This document shows positions 1 to 9,020 of a stretch of DNA of 19,475 nt, one piece after another; positions within the stretch are counted from its first letter, which is position 1, and each line of letters begins with the position of its first letter. Source of the DNA: Gemmatimonadaceae bacterium (GTDB lineage: Bacteria; Gemmatimonadota; Gemmatimonadetes; Gemmatimonadales; Gemmatimonadaceae); the NCBI GenBank assembly GCA_044224875.1, contig JBGAJQ010000087.1:1-19475 (forward strand). Direction: 5' to 3'. The notes beneath the pieces are model-generated. The model ran no database searches. It saw nothing but the letters and a program-made list of their open reading frames with translations, and was not told where the DNA came from. The position numbers were made by a program, and so were the translations under genes.

Positions 1-212
1 TCAACGTCGACGTGACCGTAGTCGCGGAAACGCCCAAGATTTCGGCGCACCGTAACGCCATGCGCGCGCACCTCGCCGAGGCGCTCGGAATTGCCCCTGC
101 CGCCATGGGCCTCAAGGGAAAGACCAACGAACGCATGGGGTGGATTGGCCGCGGCGAAGGGATCGCCTGCATCGCCGTCGCCCTGCTTTCATCGACAAGT
201 TCCAGTCGCTGA
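1..212 (+). CDS. ispF: 2-C-methyl-D-erythritol 2,4-cyclodiphosphate synthase, 3' part (5'-truncated by the window edge)
   Basis: Frame from nt 3 reads NVDVTVVAETPKI...LKGKTNERMGWIGRGEGIACIAVALL, the typical IspF C-terminus (NvD.T...e.PKi; K.kT.E.lG..GrgEGia). Stop TGA at 210-212. An IspDF fusion cannot be excluded. Confidence 0.92.
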   Translation, partial: NVDVTVVAETPKISAHRNAMRAHLAEALGIAPAAMGLKGKTNERMGWIGRGEGIACIAVALLSSTSSSR

Positions 213-214
213 TC

Positions 215-817
215 GTGCAAGAGCTGCTGGATGCGCTGGCGGCGCTGCCGCCGGGAGCCCTCCTCGGCGCCATGGCGCTGCTCGCGGCCGTCGAGAACGT
301 CTTCCCGCCGATTCCCGCCGACGTGCTGGTTGCCTTTGGTGGCTTCCTCGCCGCTCGCCAACACGTGTCACCGTGGCCCGCTTTCCTCTGCGTATGGTTC
401 GGAAACATCGCGGGAGCGATCGCCATGTACCTCATTGGACGTCGCTACGGCGCCGAGTGGACGGAGCGGAAGTTCCATCTGGGCAAGGCAGGAGGCGGTG
501 ACCAGCGCTTGCTCGGTTGGTACCAACGCTACGGAACACCTGCGTTGTTCGTGAGTCGTTTCGTTCCCGGCGTACGATCCGTCGTTCCCCCCGTGGCCGG
601 CGCGTTGCGCATACCGCTCGCTCGCGTGGCACTGGCGATCACGGCGGCGTCGGGCCTGTGGTACGGCACGATCAACTACCTGGCGTTCTCCGCCGGCTCC
701 AACTGGGAAAGTCTCGCGCGCACGGTCGGCACCATGGGGCGTTGGACAGCGATCGTCGCCAGCGCCGTACTTCTGATCGTGGTACTCGTCCTGTGGTGGC
801 GCAGGCGAAGAGCATGA
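215..817 (+). CDS. DedA (SNARE-associated/VTT domain) family membrane protein
   Basis: GTG at 215, 2 nt after the ispF stop. Motifs ENVFPPIPAD, GNIAGAIAMYLIGRRYG and FVSRFVPGVRSVV..VAG, with several hydrophobic segments. Confidence 0.9.
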   Translation: MQELLDALAALPPGALLGAMALLAAVENVFPPIPADVLVAFGGFLAARQHVSPWPAFLCVWFGNIAGAIAMYLIGRRYGAEWTERKFHLGKAGGGDQRLLGWYQRYGTPALFVSRFVPGVRSVVPPVAGALRIPLARVALAITAASGLWYGTINYLAFSAGSNWESLARTVGTMGRWTAIVASAVLLIVVLVLWWRRRRA

Positions 818-1731
818 GCCCCGGCGTCCCACCGGACGTCGCCCGCGCGTTTCTCCTCGAACGGTTCGACGACTTTCTCGCCTTGGAGGAGGGCTCGTCC
901 CCACGAACCCGCGAGGCGTATGCCCGCGACCTGTCACGCGCCATCGACTTTCTGGTCGGCCAGAAGCTGCTCCACCCGCGCGACGTGAGCGGCCCATCGC
1001 TTCGCAGCTTCATCTATTCACTGAAGGATGCGGGCCTGGCGCCGGAGTCGATCCGGCGGTCGGTCTCGGCGCTTCGTACGTATTTCCGGTTCCTGCTGGC
1101 CGAGCAGGTGGTGGAAGCGGATCCAAGCGAGCAGCTCGAACTGCCCAAGCGATGGCGTGTCTTGCCAGACGTCTTGACCATCGCCGAAGTCCTGAAGCTG
1201 CTCGATGCACCAACCTTCGACGATCCGCTGGCCTTCCGCGATCGTGCCATGTTGGAGCTGGGGTACGGGGCGGGTTTGCGCGTTTCGGAATGGATTGGTC
1301 TCGAGGTGAAGGACGTCTCCCTGGATGAGGGGGTGATTCGCGTATTCGGCAAGGGAAGCAAGGAGCGGCTGGTTCCAATCGGACGCCAGGCGATCGCTGC
1401 CCTCGCCATCTATCAACGCGAACTCAGGCCGCGTCTGGAGAAGGGAAAAGGGAAGGGAAAGCTCTTCCTCAATGCCCGTGGCCAACCGCTATCGCGCATG
1501 GGCGCATGGAAAATCCTGCGGAAGTATGTCGATCGGGCCGGCATCAAGAAGTCGGTCTCGCCACACACCCTGCGCCACTCCTTTGCGACCCACTTGCTGG
1601 AAGGCGGAGCCGACCTGCGGGCCGTCCAGGAGATGCTTGGCCATGCCGACATCTCGACCACCCAGCTCTACACGCACATTGACCGCGAGCACCTGCGCGA
1701 GGTCCACCGACAGTTTCATCCGCGTGCCTGA
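814..1731 (+). CDS. xerD: Site-specific tyrosine recombinase XerD
   Basis: ATGA overlap with the dedA stop at 814-817. Motifs RDRAMLEL.Y..GLRVSE, GKGSKERLVPIG, SPHTLRHSFATHLLEGGADLR.VQEMLGHADISTTQLYTH and terminal HPRA; the catalytic R/K/H/R/H/Y residues are all present. XerD rather than XerC by motif style (GADLRAVQEMLGHADISTTQ). Confidence 0.88.
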   Translation: MSPGVPPDVARAFLLERFDDFLALEEGSSPRTREAYARDLSRAIDFLVGQKLLHPRDVSGPSLRSFIYSLKDAGLAPESIRRSVSALRTYFRFLLAEQVVEADPSEQLELPKRWRVLPDVLTIAEVLKLLDAPTFDDPLAFRDRAMLELGYGAGLRVSEWIGLEVKDVSLDEGVIRVFGKGSKERLVPIGRQAIAALAIYQRELRPRLEKGKGKGKLFLNARGQPLSRMGAWKILRKYVDRAGIKKSVSPHTLRHSFATHLLEGGADLRAVQEMLGHADISTTQLYTHIDREHLREVHRQFHPRA

Positions 1732-1785
1732 AGGCAAGGCGCTGGCAAGCGCGCTAACTTGGGTCCGTCCCGCACACTCCGAGTC

Positions 1786-2399
1786 ATGGTCCTCGTCATC
1801 GACAACTACGATTCCTTCACGTACAACATCGTGCAGTATCTTGGTGCACTGGGGGAGGACCCTCTCGTCAGGCGCAACGATGCCATCCGGGTGCCGGAGA
1901 TTGCCTCGCTGCGGCCAAAGGCCATCGTGATCTCCCCCGGCCCATGCACGCCCCGGGAGGCGCCCGGGAGGCGGGGGTCTCGGTTGAGACTATCGCGACA
2001 TGGGGGGCCCGTATTCCTGTCCTCGGCGTCTGTCTGGGGCATCAGGCCATCGGGGAGGCGTACGGGGGGCGCGTCGTGCGCGCCGCGCACGCCATGCACG
2101 GCAAGACGTCCTTGGTGACGCACAACGGCGAGGGGCTATTCGCGGCACTTCCGTCCCCGCTGCGTGTGATGCGCTATCACTCGCTGATCGTCGAACGGGC
2201 GAGCCTCCCCACATGCCTGCGCATCACGGCTGTTGCTGCTGACGATCCCGACGAGGTTCACGCGGTTGAGCATGTGACCCATCCAGTGTACGGCGTGCAA
2301 TTCCACCCGGAATCGATCATGACGGAGGGCGGGATGACGTTGATCGCGAACTTCATCTCCCTGGCCAATGCTTTCCACGGCCAGGCGAACGCCGCCTGA
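1786..2399 (+). pseudogene. Anthranilate/aminodeoxychorismate synthase component II (TrpG/PabA class I glutamine amidotransferase), frameshifted
   Basis: The N-half (ATG 1786) reads [18 protein letters not shown]...[11 protein letters not shown]. The C-half, in another frame, reads GVSV...[13 protein letters not shown]...MHGKTS...MRYHSL...GVQFHPES. The halves join across a duplicated 11-mer at 1952-1973; removing one copy gives an intact 200-aa ORF. This may be an assembly artefact. Confidence 0.9.
1952..1973. repeat. Perfect 2 x 11-bp tandem duplication CCCGGGAGGCG
   Basis: 1952-1962 and 1963-1973 are identical, and 11 nt exactly explains the frame offset between the two trpG/pabA halves. 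Confidence 0.95.
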
Positions 2400-2408
2400 C
2401 GATCTCAC

Positions 2409-3575
2409 ATGCGCCCCTTCCTGTTCGGATTCCTCGTGCTGTTGGTGATTGGCCTTATCGGGTTCTTCACCACGGCCGCCTCGATGGTGGACCGCCAGCG
2501 TAACCTCGTTGCTCCAGACTCGGCACGCCCCGCCACGGCGGCGGCCGAGTCATTGCACCACGCCTTGCGCGTGGTTGACCTGCATGCCGACGCGTTGCTC
2601 TGGCCCCGTGATCTCCTCAAGCGACAGAACCACGGGCACGTGGACGTGCCGCGACTCCAACAGGGCGGTGTTGCGCTCCAGGTTTTCTCCGTCGTGACCA
2701 AGACCCCCCGCGGCATCAACTACGAGCGCAACAGCGCGAGTACCGACAACATCACGCTCTTGGCGATCGCCGAGCGATACCCGGTGCGCGCGTGGCGATC
2801 GTTGTATGCGCGAGCTCTCCATCAGGCTCAGATCCTCAACGATGCGGCGCGCCGCTCTGACGGGGACCTGCTGGTGGTTACTAGTCAGGCACAGCTGGAC
2901 GACGCGCTGACAAGACGCGCGACAAAGCCGCGCGTGGTCGCCGGCTTGCTCGCGACCGAGGGGTTGCACCCGCTCGAGGGTCGACTCGAGTACGTCGACT
3001 CGCTCGCGGCGGCTGGCTTTCGTATGTTCGGTCTCACGCACTTCTTCGACAATGAGGTTGGTGGTTCTGCCCACGGTGAACAGAAGGGCGGACTGACGCC
3101 GTTCGGACGTACGGTCATCGAACGGCTGGACTCCTTGTCCCTGATCATCGACGTCGCCCACGCGTCACCGGCTCTCATTGATGACGTGTTGAGGCTGTCG
3201 AAGCGCCCCATCGTCGTTTCGCACACCGGCGTTCAGGGAGTCTGCCCGGGCCCACGCAACCTCACCGACGACCAGCTCCGCCGAATTGCGGCCAAGGGAG
3301 GAATGGTCGGCATCGGCTTCTGGGATGGGGCGATCTGCACACCCACCCTCGCGGCGGCTGCCAAGTCCATCGCGTACGCGGTGGGCGTCGCAGGGGAGGA
3401 CCACGTGGCTCTGGGTTCCGACTTCGACGGCAGCACGACCGTTCCGATCGACGCGACGGGCTACCCGCGTCTGACACAGGCCCTTCTGGACGTGGGGCTG
3501 AGCCCTTCCCAAATCACGAAAGTGATGGGGGAAAATGCCCTCCGCGTGATCCGAGAGCTTCTTCCCGCGAGATGA
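2409..3575 (+). CDS. Membrane dipeptidase (peptidase M19, renal-dipeptidase family) with N-terminal membrane anchor or signal
   Basis: Motifs DLHAD, ATEG, GLTHFFDN, GLTPFG, IIDVAH, VVSHTG, RNLTDDQL and HVALGSDFDG. Hydrophobic N-terminus FLFGFLVLLVIGLIGFF. Confidence 0.9.
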   Translation: MRPFLFGFLVLLVIGLIGFFTTAASMVDRQRNLVAPDSARPATAAAESLHHALRVVDLHADALLWPRDLLKRQNHGHVDVPRLQQGGVALQVFSVVTKTPRGINYERNSASTDNITLLAIAERYPVRAWRSLYARALHQAQILNDAARRSDGDLLVVTSQAQLDDALTRRATKPRVVAGLLATEGLHPLEGRLEYVDSLAAAGFRMFGLTHFFDNEVGGSAHGEQKGGLTPFGRTVIERLDSLSLIIDVAHASPALIDDVLRLSKRPIVVSHTGVQGVCPGPRNLTDDQLRRIAAKGGMVGIGFWDGAICTPTLAAAAKSIAYAVGVAGEDHVALGSDFDGSTTVPIDATGYPRLTQALLDVGLSPSQITKVMGENALRVIRELLPAR

Positions 3576-3585
3576 CCTTTCACGT

Positions 3586-3614
3586 TTGAATTACGACCCC
3601 CGCGGGTATAACTT
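3586..3614 (+). promoter_or_regulatory. Putative sigma70-type promoter for the kds-lpt-rpoN operon
   Basis: TTGAAT (3586-3591), 17-nt spacer, TAACTT (3609-3614, overlapping TATAAC at 3607-3612). It lies in the largest intergenic gap of the window, about 40 nt upstream of the kdsB ATG. Confidence 0.6.
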
Positions 3615-3656
3615 GAGAAGCGTGCCTTTTCCCACCTCGCACGCGCGTGTCGCCCC

Positions 3657-6088
<2,432 letters not shown>

Positions 6089-6089
6089 C

Positions 6090-6926
6090 ATGGGGTGGAG
6101 CTTTCCCCGGGACCGGCTCTTTCTGGTAGCCGGCCCTTGTGTCCTCGAGGATGACGCGTTGAACCTGCAAGTGGCTCGTCGCCTGGCCGAACTCGCACCA
6201 CTCTTGCCAGGCGGCGTCGTCTTCAAGGCCAGTTTCGACAAGGCGAATCGGTCGAACGCGAGTGGGTTTCGCGGTCCCGGCGTCACCGAGGGGCTCGCCA
6301 AACTGGATCGCGTGCGACACGCCACGGGGCTTCCCTTGCTGACCGACGTGCACTTGCCGGACCAGTGTGAACCGGTCGGTGCGGTCGTGGATGTCCTTCA
6401 GATCCCGGCCTTCTTGTGCCGGCAGACGGACCTGCTTCTGGCCGCCGGCGCCACGGGTCGCGCGGTCAACGTCAAGAAGGGGCAATGGATGCATCCGGAG
6501 GGCATGCGGGGCGCCGTCGCCAAGGTTGCAAGCGCCAGAGTTGCCCCTGACGGAAGTGACGCTCGGCGCGCCAGCATCGCTGTGACGGAGCGTGGATCGT
6601 TCTTTGGGTACGGCGACCTGGTGGTCGACATGCGGGCGATCCCGCGCATGCGCGAGGCAACGGGAGCGCCCGTCATCATCGACGCCACGCACGCGGTCCA
6701 GCGACCCGGACAGGGCGACGGCGGAGCAAGCGGAGGCGCCCGCGAGTTCATCCCCACGTTGGCGCTCGCCGCCATTGCTGCGGGGGCCGATGGGATCTTC
6801 CTCGAGACGCACCCCCACCCGGATCGCGCGCCGAGCGATGGGCCAAACATGCTGCCCCTCGACGCGCTGGAGCCGCTACTCCGCCGCGCGGTGGCCGTCT
6901 GGAAGGCCGTGCGGGGCCTCGCGTGA
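6090..6926 (+). CDS. kdsA: Kdo-8-phosphate synthase (metal-dependent type)
   Basis: ATG 1 nt after the pyrG stop. Motifs VAGPCVLE, FKASFDKANRS, LQIPAFLCRQTDLL, VNVKKGQ, TERG..FGY, DATH.VQ.PG and SDGPN. Confidence 0.96.
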   Translation: MGWSFPRDRLFLVAGPCVLEDDALNLQVARRLAELAPLLPGGVVFKASFDKANRSNASGFRGPGVTEGLAKLDRVRHATGLPLLTDVHLPDQCEPVGAVVDVLQIPAFLCRQTDLLLAAGATGRAVNVKKGQWMHPEGMRGAVAKVASARVAPDGSDARRASIAVTERGSFFGYGDLVVDMRAIPRMREATGAPVIIDATHAVQRPGQGDGGASGGAREFIPTLALAAIAAGADGIFLETHPHPDRAPSDGPNMLPLDALEPLLRRAVAVWKAVRGLA

Positions 6927-7513
6927 GCCCAGCCACATCGCGCGCGCGAGGAACACCGCGCCGACTCACAACCGCACTCGCCAAGCGAATCCAGTTCGTG
7001 GGACTCGATGTCGACGGCGTGATGACCGACGGGGGCATATATCTGGGCGATGCCGCAGGGCAACGCGTGGAACTCAAACGCTACGACATCCAGGACGGCT
7101 TGGGCATCAAGATGATGCAGGCAGCCGGCATTGCCGTCGGCATCATCACGGGGCGCGTGTCGGAAAGCGTCGCCCATCGCGCTGCGGAATTGGGGGTCGA
7201 CGAATTGGTTCAGGATGTCCAAGCGAGAAAGCTCCCGGCGCTGCGCGCCATCCTCGCCAAGCGCGGGATCGACGTGCGGAACGTTGCGTTTGTCGGTGAC
7301 GACCTTCCGGACTTGGGCGTGCTTAGGGTCGTTGGGCTGCCGGTGGTAGTGGCCAACGCCACGGCCGATGCCGTGCGAGCCGCCTCACTCCGCCTGAAGT
7401 GCGAGGGCGGCCGAGGCGCCGTGCGCGAGTTCGCCGAACTCCTGCTGCGCGCCCGCGGGCAGTGGACGCCGCTCGTCGAGCGCTATGTCGCCAGCCGCGA
7501 CGAGGCCTCCTGA
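6923..7513 (+). CDS. kdsC: Kdo-8-phosphate phosphatase (HAD family)
   Basis: GTGA overlap. Motifs LDVDGVMTDG, DGLGI, IITGR, FVGDDLPD and GGRGAVRE. Confidence 0.93.
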   Translation: MSPATSRARGTPRRLTTALAKRIQFVGLDVDGVMTDGGIYLGDAAGQRVELKRYDIQDGLGIKMMQAAGIAVGIITGRVSESVAHRAAELGVDELVQDVQARKLPALRAILAKRGIDVRNVAFVGDDLPDLGVLRVVGLPVVVANATADAVRAASLRLKCEGGRGAVREFAELLLRARGQWTPLVERYVASRDEAS

Positions 7514-8478
7514 TGACAGCCGATGAAATCCTGTCGTTAGGCCGACACGTCGTCCAGCTCGAGCGCGAGGCATTGGACGAAGTCGGCAAGCGCCTAAACG
7601 ATTCCTTCGTTCGTGCGGTCCAGCTCATCGCATCCTCCGAAGGCCGAGTGATCGTTGCTGGGGTGGGCAAGTCCGGGCTGATCGCGCGGAAGATTGCCGC
7701 TACCCTCACGTCCACGGGCACCCCCGCAGCATTTCTGCACCCGGTGGAGGGGCTGCACGGCGACCTTGGAATCGTCGATACCGACGACATCGCGATCCTG
7801 CTCTCGAAGAGCGGCGAATCGGAAGAGCTCCTCGTGCTCCTGCAGCACCTGAAGCGCTTTGGTGCGCGTTGCATCGCGCTCACCGGAAACGTGGGGTCGT
7901 CGCTGGCACGTGAATGCGACGTGGCCTTGGACGCCTGGGTGCGGGAAGAAGCCTGTCCGCACGACCTGGCGCCCACCACCTCCACTACTGCCGCGCTGGC
8001 GATCGGGGACGCGCTGGCCGTCGCCATCCTCGAGCACAAGGGGTTTCGTCGAGAGGACTTCGCGCGCCTGCACCCGGGCGGTTCGCTCGGCCGCCGCCTC
8101 CTCCTGCGTGTTCACGACGTCATGGAAACCGAACGCCTTCCGCTTCTCGCCCCGGATGCGCGAATGCGTGAGGCCGTGGTTCTCCTGGCAGAGCGTCGAG
8201 GCATTGTCGTGATCACAGACCCCGAGCGCCGAGTGCTTGGCGTGTTCACGGCCGGAGATTTGACGCGCTTGCTGGAGCGGGAGGATAACTTTCTTGACCT
8301 GACGGTAGGCACGGTCATGATTCGCGCTCCAAAGCTGGCCACAGCAGAGGAACTCGGTAGTGCCGTGGTGTACCGGATGGAGCAAATCGGCATCATGGCC
8401 ATGCCGGTTCTGGACCCTGAACAACGCGTGATCGGAGTGATCCACCTGCACGACTTGATGCGGGCGGGCGTGGCATGA
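7513..8478 (+). CDS. kdsD: Arabinose-5-phosphate isomerase (KpsF/GutQ family, SIS domain plus CBS pair)
   Basis: TGATG overlap. Motifs GVGKSGLIARKIAAT.TSTGTP, HGDLG, SKSGES, EACP.DLAPTTST, FARLHPGGSLG and a C-terminal CBS pair ending IHLHDL. Confidence 0.95.
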   Translation: MTADEILSLGRHVVQLEREALDEVGKRLNDSFVRAVQLIASSEGRVIVAGVGKSGLIARKIAATLTSTGTPAAFLHPVEGLHGDLGIVDTDDIAILLSKSGESEELLVLLQHLKRFGARCIALTGNVGSSLARECDVALDAWVREEACPHDLAPTTSTTAALAIGDALAVAILEHKGFRREDFARLHPGGSLGRRLLLRVHDVMETERLPLLAPDARMREAVVLLAERRGIVVITDPERRVLGVFTAGDLTRLLEREDNFLDLTVGTVMIRAPKLATAEELGSAVVYRMEQIGIMAMPVLDPEQRVIGVIHLHDLMRAGVA

Positions 8479-9020
8479 GTCGCGTCCTGCCCGCAATCGT
8501 TTCAGCTCTCCTTCTTGGCGCCTGCCAAGGGGCGTCCCCGGCGCCGCCGGTCGCGAAGTCCGCGGTCATTCCCGATTCGGCGGATCAGATGATGTACGGC
8601 GTGGTTCCCAAGGATGATGCTGGCGTCCGACGCGCCGAGGTGCGCGCCGACACGGCGTACATGTACGACCAGAACACCCGAACGGACCTTCGCAAGGTGC
8701 GCACGGAGTTCTTCAAGGTCACCGGCGAAAAGAACGCGACACTCACGAGCCTAACGGGTCAATACAACTCACGACTGGGGACTATGGAGGCGCGCGGCAT
8801 GGTGGTGGTTGTCACCACGGACGGCCGCAAGCTGGAATCCCCGCACCTCCGTTACGACCCCGGCCGCAACGAGATCTCCAGCGACAGCGTCTTCATTCTC
8901 ACGCAGACGGATCGGCGCGTGGAAGGGGTCGGATTCATCTCGGATCCAGACTTGAAGAACATCAAGGTCCTGCGGAACGCGAAGGCGTTCGGGCAGGAGA
9001 TCACCATTCCCAAGCAATGA
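8475..9020 (+). CDS. lptC: LPS export periplasmic protein LptC-like, predicted lipoprotein
   Basis: Canonical position after the kds genes and before lptA/lptB. 181 aa and beta-rich (MEARGMVVVVTTDGRKLESPHLRYD...ISSD...GVGF.SD). Lipobox LLGA-C17. Confidence 0.8.
   Translation: MSRVLPAIVSALLLGACQGASPAPPVAKSAVIPDSADQMMYGVVPKDDAGVRRAEVRADTAYMYDQNTRTDLRKVRTEFFKVTGEKNATLTSLTGQYNSRLGTMEARGMVVVVTTDGRKLESPHLRYDPGRNEISSDSVFILTQTDRRVEGVGFISDPDLKNIKVLRNAKAFGQEITIPKQ

Noticed and set aside
814..1731. Tyrosine recombinase as a marker of a prophage or integrative element
   Set aside because: It is a housekeeping Xer-type sequence coupled to dedA. No att repeats, tRNA, phage or cargo genes were seen, and no dif-like site was recognised.
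1732..1785. xerD-trpG intergenic CTGGCAAG...TAACTTG as a sigma54 or sigma70 promoter
   Set aside because: No GC at the -12 position and no credible -35 at 17 nt from TAACTT. It is too weak to call.
1952..1977. Programmed ribosomal frameshift in trpG/pabA
   Set aside because: No canonical slippery heptamer, and the exact 11-bp duplication fully explains the frame change.
3596..3607. Small inverted repeat ACCC-CCGC-GGGT in the promoter spacer
   Set aside because: Only a 4-bp stem with no U-tract, expected by chance in GC-rich DNA. It cannot be supported as a terminator or operator.
7903..7918. Sigma54-like site CTGGCACGTGAATGC in kdsD
   Set aside because: The GG-to-GC spacing is 9 nt rather than the required 10, and it lies in mid-coding sequence.
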